64,000 nt of DNA from an uncultured virus (IMG/VR IMGVR_UViG_2061766007_000483) (IMGVR_UViG_2061766007_000483); one strand, 5' to 3'. Positions 53,901-63,738 are shown, counted from the first letter of the stretch. Notes: generated from the sequence alone by a model not told the origin. A program made the numbers and translations.

Positions 53901-55522
53901 AGCAAAGGTTCCAAGACCTGCTCATATACTCGTCAAGTTCGTCAAAGAGCGTGCTTTTCTTCGTATTGGCGTCATTTGCCCGAAATGTCCGATAGGGGAA
54001 CGCCCTGTGCGAAGAATACGAAATGATGAACTTGTCGTACATATACCGAGTGTTTGTGTCATAGTCATATATGATGATTTGTGTGATTGGAGTCACCGTA
54101 ATCCTCACATTGGAGGATGCGGAATGCACGATGACAAACTTCTCCTTATGGTCAATGCGCTTGTCAAGACCAACACGTTTTGCAAAATCGCTGTCCAATC
54201 TGTTCTCGCTTATTCTCATAGTTTATACGATGGTTCGTTCTATTGCCTGTATCTCTGTCGGGATGTATTCCAACAGGTTTTTGTAATGCGCTTCCATAAA
54301 GGTTTTGAAAAGACTTTCCGCCATTTCAAGTTTGTCGGGGGTTTCAATCTTTGTCAGGTATTTGTTCCTGTACATAAAGTCGTCAAGCGCGTCAAGTTCC
54401 GACAAAGAAAGTGTCGCATAGTAGTGCGCGGGCAAATACCTGCTGTTTCTTGTCGCCTTGTGTGACGAATAGTTGATGACGATGTTCCTGTAAACACAAG
54501 TGGGGGTTCCGCTGCGGCACACCATAAACACCTCATTTGGCGTGATGGTTAATCTTGTGTTAGCGCTGCCCGATATGAATATGTTGAAATTGTCTGACCA
54601 TTTGACATCTCCCATTTCAAGTCCGACACGACCATCAAATTCAGTGTTCTCGCTTATTCTCATAAGTATTCCTCCGTTGCTTCTTCTATATGTACATCAA
54701 GCACATCATATCTTTCATTCAATGTATCTACTCTGAATTTTGTGCTGCAATACCACCTTAACAATAACACCGCTCTTTCCCTGCGGCGGTCATTAAATGC
54801 ACCCGACCTCAAAAGTTTAAGCAAATCGTGCATATCACCTGAATGGATATTATCAATGTATCTGATTATAAAATCCACACATTTGCAATCAACCTTGTCA
54901 TACGCATTGATAACAAAAATTCTATTCCAAAACCCCTTTGCCGTTGTTGTGTCATAAAGGAACAACTTTGGACATTTCTCTGTGATGGCATCCGTAATTT
55001 GCGTATCGGTTATTCTCATATCCTTTATGATTTTAACGCTTTGTTTTTGCTCGCGATGTAGGTCTCCCACAAAGTGAAGAACTCATCCGTAGTTAACAAC
55101 TGCGTGGAATAAATCTCGAATCCGTACATCGTCCCATCCTCCTCCAACCATTGCAATTCATCATTATTGTCGTGAATGTATTTTTTGATGAGTTTCGCAA
55201 TAGTATGGGTGTTCGGTCCAACCAGTCTATCCTCAAACGGTGATACAAAGCGCAGCACCTTCCCGATACTTCTCATAGAGCAGTGTTCGGTGAATATCGC
55301 CACCATCTCATCGCTTGCGTGATGCAAGTCAAATGCGACAAATGTGATATATTGGTTTGAGTTGTTGCGCATAACGGCGGTAAGGACAAAGTTGGGCATC
55401 ACACACCCGTTGTCGTAGATGTGCGCCGTGATGGTGTTTGACGTATGTTCCGAATAGAACTTTCTGATTCTGTCAAACCTGTCAGTGAGGTCAATAATGT
55501 CCTTTTTGTCTGTTATTCTCAT
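47904..55522 (-). other. array of 17 consecutive tag-family ORFs: 47904-48278, 48275-48667, 48658-49053, 49055-49432, 49429-49938, 49935-50417, 50420-50932, 50938-51417, 51398-51910, 51913-52407, 52404-52901, 52905-53324, 53321-53740, 53737-54219, 54223-54663, 54660-55019, 55025-55522
   Basis: every ORF starts M(G)R/K-L/I-T/S; stops and starts overlap or abut; at least three paralog subfamilies. Confidence 0.8.
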
Positions 55523-55526
55523 AGTC

Positions 55527-55745
55527 TTATCCTAAAGTGAAAAGGATTATGTAACCTGAAATGACGATGATTGACGACAAGATGAACAGGACACACGACG
55601 TGTATATCTTTCTCTCCCTGTTCTTTACCTTTTCGCCATTGTAGTCACAGAAACGGATTTCAAGGTCAATGAACAGGGCGATGAGGTATAGCACACCTCC
55701 GCCTGCCATAAGACCGATAAATAGTTTCAATACAAACTGTTCCAT
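55527..55745 (-). CDS. small two-helix membrane protein
   Basis: two hydrophobic segments. Confidence 0.55.
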   Translation of the reverse strand: MEQFVLKLFIGLMAGGGVLYLIALFIDLEIRFCDYNGEKVKNRERKIYTSCVLFILSSIIVISGYIILFTLG

Positions 55746-55747
55746 CG

Positions 55748-56098
55748 TTATTTCAGTTTATGGTATTTGATTGCGTATTCAATGTCCGCCTCATCCACAC
55801 CCTCGCCATCCTCATAGCAGGCATTGTTGAGCATATAGATTGCCGCCCTGAATGTCTCTGCGGACATCTTGTCCGAGAGGTCGGGGTCAATGAGTCCGAG
55901 TTTTTTGAAAACGTCCTCAATCCTGTCGGGCGCGATGTCCTTCCTGTCAACATAGATTGAGTGCTGACCGTGCGTGTCAAACATAACTACATAGTGGGTG
56001 TGTATGTCACCGCAATAGTGTTTCAGGATTTCATAAACGCAATATCTGCGCCCGTTGAGATTGAAATCTTTTATTTCTTTTAAGTTTTGTGCTTCCAT
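55748..56098 (-). CDS. hypothetical protein leading the array operon
   Basis: 116-aa ORF with ATTATATTCAAT motif at 56113-56124. Confidence 0.6.
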   Translation of the reverse strand: MEAQNLKEIKDFNLNGRRYCVYEILKHYCGDIHTHYVVMFDTHGQHSIYVDRKDIAPDRIEDVFKKLGLIDPDLSDKMSAETFRAAIYMLNNACYEDGEGVDEADIEYAIKYHKLK

Positions 56099-56158
56099 AG
56101 TTTTTTCCTTTTATTGAATATAATGAAAAATTTATAAATAATGAAAGATTTTTTGAAA

Positions 56159-56731
56159 ATGTTGAAAACTTATGATGAATTTGTGGTGGAGATGAACTTC
56201 GCCAAATTTATGAACCACAGGTACGAGGATGAGGTGAAGTCAAGTTTGTGGGACTATGTGGGCGGTTACACATCGGGAGTGAACGACGAACTCCGAAAGG
56301 GGAGGAAAGTTCCTGTTGTGACGGATGCACTTGACAGGGCGTTCACCGAAAAAAGGAAGATTGACGTTTACAGGACGGTTGATTGGATGTATATGAAGAA
56401 CATCTACGGCATAACAAAGAAGAATGTTGAATCCAAAATCGGTGAGGTTCTGACCAACAAGGGGTATATGTCAACCGCGAGCGTTATGACCTCCCCGTGG
56501 TCGGACAAATGGTCATCGGACGAACTCCTGTTCCATATCACGAGCGACTTTCCGTACCCGTGTGTTGATGTGAACTCCGTGTTCAATGCGGATGAGATTG
56601 ACTGCGAGTTCCAACAGGAGGTGCTGCTTCCAAGAAACACAAAGTTGAGGATAGAAGGCGTGTCGTTCAAGAAAGGCGGAAATTTTGCCGCTGACGGAAC
56701 TTGTGTCATTGAGGCGAAGATTGTCGGATGA
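56159..56731 (+). CDS. ADP-ribosyltransferase (VIP2/Alt-like R-S-E clade)
   Basis: VNDELR, VYR, GYMSTAS, QQEVLLPR; start MLKTYDEFVVE after TATAAATA at 56133. Confidence 0.85.
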   Translation: MLKTYDEFVVEMNFAKFMNHRYEDEVKSSLWDYVGGYTSGVNDELRKGRKVPVVTDALDRAFTEKRKIDVYRTVDWMYMKNIYGITKKNVESKIGEVLTNKGYMSTASVMTSPWSDKWSSDELLFHITSDFPYPCVDVNSVFNADEIDCEFQQEVLLPRNTKLRIEGVSFKKGGNFAADGTCVIEAKIVG

Positions 56732-56736
56732 AAACA

Positions 56737-56761
56737 AAAAAGGCGGGAAACTCCCGCCTTT
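56737..56761. terminator. bidirectional intrinsic terminator
   Basis: aaaaaggcggg-aaact-cccgccttt between convergent genes. Confidence 0.75.
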
Positions 56762-56780
56762 GCTTTTTATGTGAGATTGG

Positions 56781-57173
56781 TTACCTGTTGTTGTACTTCT
56801 CTATCAGGTCATAGAGTTTGTTCACGCTTTCGTCGGTGAACGCTGCGAGCGGAAGGACATCTTCCGTTTCTTCAACATAATGTTTATTTTCCAATCTGTT
56901 GTAATGGTCATAGGGCATAACCCTCACACCAATCTTGTCTTTGTTTATCTCAACCGACAACACCGTCCACCTCATACCTTTCAGTGCGGAACTGTCAAGG
57001 ATTATTGGTTCATCTGGCGATATGTCGTCCGAGTACACTCTTGTCACATCCCACTTGATGTCCTTTGATGCCTGACGTATCGCCCGTATGAGTTCTCCGT
57101 CGGTCACGACCTTGCCCCTGATTGGAAGATAGGTCTCATTGATGAAGTCGTCAAACTTTAATATCTTTGTCAT
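56781..57173 (-). CDS. late hypothetical protein with capsid-targeting-like N-terminus
   Basis: MTKILKFDDFINE; TATAAATA at 57191. Confidence 0.65.
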   Translation of the reverse strand: MTKILKFDDFINETYLPIRGKVVTDGELIRAIRQASKDIKWDVTRVYSDDISPDEPIILDSSALKGMRWTVLSVEINKDKIGVRVMPYDHYNRLENKHYVEETEDVLPLAAFTDESVNKLYDLIEKYNNR

Positions 57174-57274
57174 AGTTTTGTATATTGCATTATTTATATG
57201 GAAATTATTCCATTGTTAGTATTTATACGCGCAACTGTAAAACTATAAATATATTGAAAAATAAATTTGAAACT

Positions 57275-57847
57275 ATGATACACATAATGAGGGTTGATGA
57301 AATATGCAATAGCATAAATGAATACAGAGACAACTTTACCGATGAAGAAGCATTTTTAAGCGAAATTGGATTCAGAAGTTTTGAAGATATACAGCGTGCC
57401 TATACGAAAGACTGGTATAGTGGAAGCACATACGGAGGCGGAAGACGAACTTACGTTCCAAACATTATTCCGATGAAAATCATTGCATCGGCGGTCGGCA
57501 GGTATATAAAATCCAACCAAAAAGTAACGGTTCGTCCCAATATGAGTATCTCTGGTGGTGTAGGTAAGCCGTTTTTTACTTTTAGAGTTAAAGAAAATGG
57601 AAAAGAAGTTGTGATTAACTTCAGTGACGGGGAGATAACCCATTATGGAGAAGATATGACGACACCTGCGATTATGGTACATTATGACCGTGGAATGGAA
57701 ACAATTTGGGGTGCGGACAGATACAGAAGAAAGTTCGGAGACACTGATTGGCACGAAAGTGAAATGGCGGGTATGAGCGATAAATTGCTACAAATATTNN
57801 NNNNNNNNNNNNNNNNNNNNATAGATAATAGAAAAGAACGCAAGTGA
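57275..57847 (+). CDS. late hypothetical protein (end uncertain, N gap)
   Basis: MIHIMRVDEI; TATAAATA at 57244. Confidence 0.6.
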   Translation: MIHIMRVDEICNSINEYRDNFTDEEAFLSEIGFRSFEDIQRAYTKDWYSGSTYGGGRRTYVPNIIPMKIIASAVGRYIKSNQKVTVRPNMSISGGVGKPFFTFRVKENGKEVVINFSDGEITHYGEDMTTPAIMVHYDRGMETIWGADRYRRKFGDTDWHESEMAGMSDKLLQIXXXXXXXXIDNRKERK

Positions 57848-57932
57848 ATTTCACTTGCGTTTTGTTTTACAAGACTAAAATATATAATTCCGAAATTATA
57901 AATATATCATTGATAAATCAAATTCATACAGA

Positions 57933-58424
57933 ATGGACAACCCATCACTTTCAAAGAAACCGACAATCAAGACAAAGGACGGGGAGTTTGTTGACATCAG
58001 CGCGCCGACCGTTGACTACAAGAAACTCAATGCCGTCGTGGAGACAATGCACCTTGTCCGTGAGGGTGAGGAGATGAGACTTGACACCATCGCAAACCTC
58101 TATTACGGATGGAGCGACAAACTTGACGCAATCCTGTGGGCGAACAACATCTACAACCCGTTCGCGATTGACGTGAACGAACTGCTTGTCATCCCGAAGG
58201 TGAAGGATTCCAACCACTATGTGAAGAACCCTGAAAAAGTCACTATGCCGAATGAGGGCAAGCAGGGAACATCGTCAAAGATAACGAAGGCGGCGAAAAA
58301 ACTGAACGGACTCACCAATTCCGCAAAGAGCGAGAGGGATTCAGCAAGGAAGGTCTCAACCAACGAACTTCAAGACGGGGAGTCCTCAAAACGCTATGAC
58401 GGCGGCAGTGTGTATCTCGGATAA
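57933..58424 (+). CDS. LysM-like baseplate wedge protein (T4 gp53-like)
   Basis: MRLDTIANLYYG...AILWANNIYNPF...LVIP. Confidence 0.7.
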   Translation: MDNPSLSKKPTIKTKDGEFVDISAPTVDYKKLNAVVETMHLVREGEEMRLDTIANLYYGWSDKLDAILWANNIYNPFAIDVNELLVIPKVKDSNHYVKNPEKVTMPNEGKQGTSSKITKAAKKLNGLTNSAKSERDSARKVSTNELQDGESSKRYDGGSVYLG

Positions 58425-58443
58425 TCTGAAAAACCCAAACGAT

Positions 58444-60180
58444 ATGGCGAACAGGCAATACAAACTTTCAGACCTCAAAATCGGGGTCGTGCGTCAGGCG
58501 ACGATAAAACCCGCCCCGTTAGAAATGCCCAATACCGAAGGCGGAGACAAACCCATCGCAAAGAACTACACGGAATATATGGGCGATTTGAGCAAGATGT
58601 ACGCCCAACTCCCGCTCATCAAGATAAACAACAACTTCACAGTCAACCCAAGCAACATAAAGAAGTTCTCCATCAACTTCACAGGTTGGATGCCCGAAGT
58701 GTCTATGAAGATATGCGACCCGAACTCCGAACTGAAAAGCAAGTATTATCCAACGGACGGTTCGGTCATCAATGTCTATATCGCAACACTCGGTGACGAA
58801 AAGAAATACAGACCGCTGCGACTTGACTTCCTCATCGTCTCCGTGAGTGAGAGCGGAAGTCTCGCGGGAACCGTTATGTCACCTGATATGAGCGAGTTCA
58901 CAATCAGGGGCAAATTGAATGTGCCGAGACTTTACTACAACGCCAATATGTTTGAGTCAGGAACGTCCTATGACTCCCTGAAAAACATAACGGAGGACAT
59001 CGGTCTCGGTTTCGCCTCCAACATTGACAACACGAATGACTCCCAACTGTGGGTGAACGGGTACACGAGGATTGCCGACTTCATTGAAAACATATCCCGT
59101 CACGGGTACCTTGACGATGAGTCATTTTTCGTGTCCTTCATTGACCCCTACTACAACCTCAACTATGTGGAGGTGTCAAGACTTTTTTCGCAGTTTCAGG
59201 AGAACGAGAAATGCACCGTCTATAACACCGCGTTCAGGAACGAGGAGAACTCGGAGGCGAGCGCGGAGGAGGAGACGCAGAAACCCGAAGAACAGGACTT
59301 CAGGGTTTGGTCGGGAAGAAGTCACGAATGGTGGTATGAATTGAACAACAGCAAGCAGTTGAGCGCGTGGAGTCTCTACTATGACAAGTACAATGAGGTG
59401 AACAACGGCAACACGACCCTTGATGACGGATATGTCAAGTACGTCCAATCGTGGAACCACAAGACACGTCAGTACATATCCCTGCCCGTCACTGTGGACA
59501 ATATGGAGACGGAGGGTATGCTTCCTCTCAACAAGGGCAAACTTGAACGAGGAAAACCGTCAGAACTTTCCGCCAACCTGAAAACCTATGAGTATCTTGG
59601 TGAATGTAACGAGCATCAGGACTCCGAATACGCCTATGCTTTCTCACACAACGAGATGAACATAAACGATATGAAAAAGTTCGGTATGACGGTTGACCTG
59701 CCTTGCATCAACCCCGCTGTCACAAGGTATTCAAGGATAAAACTCATCGTGTTTGAGAAAAACGGGTTCGCGAAAGAAGGTATTGCGGAAGATGAAAATA
59801 TGGGTGAGAACGGAGTGATTGAGAACGGGAAGGGTGAGACAAAGAAGTTGTCGGAGATTCCAGGCGCACAGGATGCGAACACCCCACGCTTTGACCTGAC
59901 GACGGAGGAGGGCATAAAGCAGGCGAAGGAGGCGAATGTCTATTCGGAAATCGCAGATGAGGGTGACGTTGATGTGAACGGTGTGTCGGAAAGGATTAAC
60001 GAGTCCCTTTCGGGTTGGTATGTGGTGACGGGATATGAAATCTATATGAAAACTGTCGGCGGGGCGAATGACAATGAGATGGGAACACACCTCCGCCAAA
60101 AGATATACCTGTCAAGGAGGGAATACAAACCCGCCTTGAAAAATGACTACCTTGACACAAGCAAAGATGAGAAAAAATAA
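58444..60180 (+). CDS. probable baseplate hub / tail structural protein
   Basis: follows gp53-like gene; FIDPYYNLNYV; C-terminal SGWYVVTG...LSRRE typical of hub-like proteins. Confidence 0.45.
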   Translation: MANRQYKLSDLKIGVVRQATIKPAPLEMPNTEGGDKPIAKNYTEYMGDLSKMYAQLPLIKINNNFTVNPSNIKKFSINFTGWMPEVSMKICDPNSELKSKYYPTDGSVINVYIATLGDEKKYRPLRLDFLIVSVSESGSLAGTVMSPDMSEFTIRGKLNVPRLYYNANMFESGTSYDSLKNITEDIGLGFASNIDNTNDSQLWVNGYTRIADFIENISRHGYLDDESFFVSFIDPYYNLNYVEVSRLFSQFQENEKCTVYNTAFRNEENSEASAEEETQKPEEQDFRVWSGRSHEWWYELNNSKQLSAWSLYYDKYNEVNNGNTTLDDGYVKYVQSWNHKTRQYISLPVTVDNMETEGMLPLNKGKLERGKPSELSANLKTYEYLGECNEHQDSEYAYAFSHNEMNINDMKKFGMTVDLPCINPAVTRYSRIKLIVFEKNGFAKEGIAEDENMGENGVIENGKGETKKLSEIPGAQDANTPRFDLTTEEGIKQAKEANVYSEIADEGDVDVNGVSERINESLSGWYVVTGYEIYMKTVGGANDNEMGTHLRQKIYLSRREYKPALKNDYLDTSKDEKK

Positions 60181-60215
60181 GATATATCATTGATACATCA
60201 TAAATTAAAAAAACA

Positions 60216-61784
60216 ATGGAACTGATAAACGAGCAGTTGAAAAAGGTGATAAGACACGGGTTCGTTCTGAAATACATAGAGCGTTCGGGGATAACTATGC
60301 CGAAGTTGCCGCAGATACCCAATTTTGAGAAACCCCCGATGCCCGACCTGAAAATGCTTGATGAGCAGATTGCGAGGTTCCAACAGGCGGCGATGAACGC
60401 ATCCAACAACCAATCCCTCTATACGGACGAATACATAGAGGCGTCCAACAAGTACAACGAACTCGTGAAAAAATGCGCGGAGAAATATCAGTCGCAGATG
60501 GATGAGATGGAGGAATCCGAGAAGGACATCGCCCACACGAGTGCGGAGAAAATAATGGAGAACACAATAAAGAGACAGACTGCAAGGAAAGAATATGAGG
60601 ATGGTGTGGCAAAAGCGAAAACGGAGTCGGGTCTGTCGGAGGTGAAGCAGAAGTACAGGAGGATAAGGAAGGAGGACAAGACCAACGCGAAAAAGGCGGC
60701 GGAGAAAGCGAACGAGGCGAAGTTGGCGAACGCCAAGTCCGAAGCGCTTGAATTTATGAAAAAGACCGTCCTGAAAGCATACTATGACTATGTGCTGAAA
60801 GAGATGGACAAACTGAAAACCTTTTCCACAGACATCAAGCGTATGTATGACGATACAGTCAAACTGTTCAAGCACGTCCAACAGAAGGCGAAGGAGTTCT
60901 ACAATTCGGACAGCGGAAAGGAGTTCGTTGACAACGAGTGTGACAAGGTGAACCGCGCTTGGGATGACATCTGCGACTCGTTCACCGAACTTGGGGTTGA
61001 CATCGCTGCGATGGCGTCCAAGATACCGAACCCAGATGTGATTGTCGCGGGCGCCGCCACAGGGATACCGAACCCGTCACACAAGATAACAATCTTTATG
61101 CAGGACTTCAAGAAAGTCCTGAAAGACATCACCCGCATAAAGAACAACATAAAGGTCATCCTGTCAATCATCGCATTTCTCGGCGTTGCCGTTCAGCAGT
61201 TGGGCGAGTTAGCGAAGATGATTGAGGATATGAAAAAGAAGGAGGAGGACGCCGACAAGAGTTTCAAACAAGCGGTTCGTTCGGCAAGGAAACGCAGGAA
61301 ATGGTATTTGGAGTATGACCATCCTGACGAGGAAGGTCAGACCAAACTCGCGGGGTTTATGTACGCAGACCTGCAAGTTGACTACAACACCTATGACATA
61401 ACGGTCAAGGGTTACAAGTGCTACTGCAAGTCAAGGTGCAAACACACATACAAGGATGTGAACGGACTTGTCAGAAACAGTGAGTGGTACGGCGGTTATG
61501 TGAAGAACGGCGGTGACAGCGTTGATGCAAGCGGCAAAAGGTACTACTACCTTACGGAGGAACAGATTGCAAAAGACGGTGAGTTCACCGATGAGGAACT
61601 TGATGAGATGCTCCGTGAAAGTGGTGACCTTTCAGATTATGACACAGGAACTATGTACGACGCTGCAAATAACACGACAACACTTAACCTGTCTGACGGC
61701 AGGACTGTGACCATTGACTATCTTGCAAGTGTCGGCGACACCATAAAACTTGATGACGGAACTGTCCTGAAAGTTGTTGGTTAA
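60216..61784 (+). CDS. hypothetical coiled-coil protein in a structural operon
   Basis: 522-aa ORF, long K/E-rich helical region. Confidence 0.55.
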   Translation: MELINEQLKKVIRHGFVLKYIERSGITMPKLPQIPNFEKPPMPDLKMLDEQIARFQQAAMNASNNQSLYTDEYIEASNKYNELVKKCAEKYQSQMDEMEESEKDIAHTSAEKIMENTIKRQTARKEYEDGVAKAKTESGLSEVKQKYRRIRKEDKTNAKKAAEKANEAKLANAKSEALEFMKKTVLKAYYDYVLKEMDKLKTFSTDIKRMYDDTVKLFKHVQQKAKEFYNSDSGKEFVDNECDKVNRAWDDICDSFTELGVDIAAMASKIPNPDVIVAGAATGIPNPSHKITIFMQDFKKVLKDITRIKNNIKVILSIIAFLGVAVQQLGELAKMIEDMKKKEEDADKSFKQAVRSARKRRKWYLEYDHPDEEGQTKLAGFMYADLQVDYNTYDITVKGYKCYCKSRCKHTYKDVNGLVRNSEWYGGYVKNGGDSVDASGKRYYYLTEEQIAKDGEFTDEELDEMLRESGDLSDYDTGTMYDAANNTTTLNLSDGRTVTIDYLASVGDTIKLDDGTVLKVVG

Positions 61785-61810
61785 TTCCGTTTTTATTGAT
61801 TTTTTACAGG

Positions 61811-62296
61811 TCAGAGAGGAAGTTCACCAAAGCACTCTGTTTGTTGTGACGGGTTCGTATGGTGCCGAAGCACAGGCGCAAATTGTTTAGGATATTTCAC
61901 AAATTGATATTTCGGAACATCTTTCCAATGCCAACATCGGTTTATCGCAAATTCCGCATATTCGTTCAATGCCGAAACCGCCTTTTTGTACTTTTTGCTT
62001 TGGACATACGTCTTATATATGATTTCATTTTGAAGTTCATCGCTTTTTCTGAAATGCGACAATGCAACCATAAGACTTGGCGTGAGGTTGTTTCTGTCGT
62101 AATAGACGGCGAAACCGATTGTTTTCGTATTTTTCTGAATACGGTATTTTTCAGGAAAGACTACGAATACCCTGTCAGTCCATATATCTTCACAGCAGTC
62201 CATTATGGAAAAATATGTGTTGCCAAAAGGAGTTTCTTCCAAACACACATTTTTTGGCAAGTTCTCTTTAATTATGCCGCTGTCAGTCAGTCTCAT
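61811..62296 (-). CDS. MRLT-tag family protein, paralog of 5971-6489
   Basis: MRLTDSG; YDRNNLTPSL, FRKSDE. Confidence 0.65.
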   Translation of the reverse strand: MRLTDSGIIKENLPKNVCLEETPFGNTYFSIMDCCEDIWTDRVFVVFPEKYRIQKNTKTIGFAVYYDRNNLTPSLMVALSHFRKSDELQNEIIYKTYVQSKKYKKAVSALNEYAEFAINRCWHWKDVPKYQFVKYPKQFAPVLRHHTNPSQQTECFGELPL

Positions 62297-62462
62297 CGTC
62301 TTTGTGTTTTTTAGTCGCTTTTTTTATCGCGTCGGCACACCCGCTTCCTACGACTATGTAGGAAGCGCGTCCCCTCACCGCCTTTGTGGTTGCATACTCA
62401 ATGTTCGCCAAATCATTTCTGCGTCCGCATAATTGAACAATGTTATCAACAATGGTTTGACC

Positions 62463-63134
62463 TTACGACAATCTCGCGCCCGTCAGAATATACACAAGAT
62501 TGCGCCATCTTGAAAGTATTGTCTGTGAAGCGACTTTCCTGTCATAGGTGTCAATGAAATTTTTGATTGCATTGATATATTCCTTCATTATGCGGTACTC
62601 ATTGTCGTTCACAACATTGCGCTTGTGCCAATGTTCCATATCCGCATAGAAGACCTCACACAATTTGTCTGAACCGCTTGAGGCGATGAACATACGGAGA
62701 GCATTTTTCAGGTTATCCAAACGGCACCTTCCAATCCTGCACCGCTTTCCGATTTCAAACATCTCTTTCTCCAATTCATCCAACCCGTAGTTGAAGTCAA
62801 AGACAACCACATTCGGTTTTATCTCATCCCATTCCGAATCGGAAAATATGTTGAGGTGGATTAGCATAGCGATACGTGTGACCGCAACATCATTGCTCGG
62901 ATAGGTGTTGTCATACCTGTCAAAGAAATTTTCGTTCGTATTGATGTATTTGATTAAGTTCGGTTTCTCATTCATAAACATTTTACGGATGTTATCGCGT
63001 TCCTTGTTTAGCGTGATGATTGCTGACTTTATCCCAAACGGCGGTTCGTTCATTTCAAATTCCCTCGCCCTGCGTTTCGCATCATCAAACCATTCGTATC
63101 TCTCTATGATACTGCTTTCCGAAAGTCTTGCCAT
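62463..63134 (-). CDS. tag-family protein, possibly interrupted by a premature TAA (frame stays open to 62283)
   Basis: MARLSES start; 59 further sense codons after the stop. Confidence 0.6.
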   Translation of the reverse strand: MARLSESSIIERYEWFDDAKRRAREFEMNEPPFGIKSAIITLNKERDNIRKMFMNEKPNLIKYINTNENFFDRYDNTYPSNDVAVTRIAMLIHLNIFSDSEWDEIKPNVVVFDFNYGLDELEKEMFEIGKRCRIGRCRLDNLKNALRMFIASSGSDKLCEVFYADMEHWHKRNVVNDNEYRIMKEYINAIKNFIDTYDRKVASQTILSRWRNLVYILTGARLS

Positions 63135-63147
63135 AGTCCTGTTGTTT

Positions 63148-63738
63148 TTAGTTCAGTTTTGAAATCTGACCGTTCGTCAGTCTGACCGTGAAGTCATACA
63201 GACTCTCACATCTCATCATTCTCACGCACTTGTTCTCTGATGAAAGTTTGGAGAGGTCAACATTCCTGTTGTATGGTGCGTCAATCATCACACCCGTTTC
63301 GGCGGTGCAGTGTTTGAACTTGTACGGACTGTCGTCAAGAAAGAAGTCAAGACCTCCGATGTGCCACTTGTCCTTGATGAAGCAGATGTCGTCAAAGTTG
63401 AACCCGTTCTTGTGCAACCATTGCAGGGTCAGTTTTTGGTTTTCAAAACCCACCTGATGTGTGATGATGATGGTGTGTCCGATTTCGGACAGGATGTTGA
63501 ACGAGTCAACCGCATTGGGCATCACCCGCGCACCCAACAGGATTTTGTCCCTCCGCCACCCGTTCAGAAAATACTCCGTAGCGTTCGGGATGTCGGGAAA
63601 CGAATCTTTAAGGTCGTATGAGGTGCAGGACTCCCTGTCCTTTATCACCCCCTTCTCCGACCTGTATATGTCAAGACAACCTCCGAGAAAGTCCCGAAGC
63701 ACACCGTCAATGTCAATTCCGAATGTCAGTTTTTTCAT
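63148..63738 (-). CDS. HAD-family 5'(3')-deoxyribonucleotidase
   Basis: GIDIDGVLRDF, IIITHQ, DK, FLDDSP. Confidence 0.88.
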   Translation of the reverse strand: MKKLTFGIDIDGVLRDFLGGCLDIYRSEKGVIKDRESCTSYDLKDSFPDIPNATEYFLNGWRRDKILLGARVMPNAVDSFNILSEIGHTIIITHQVGFENQKLTLQWLHKNGFNFDDICFIKDKWHIGGLDFFLDDSPYKFKHCTAETGVMIDAPYNRNVDLSKLSSENKCVRMMRCESLYDFTVRLTNGQISKLN

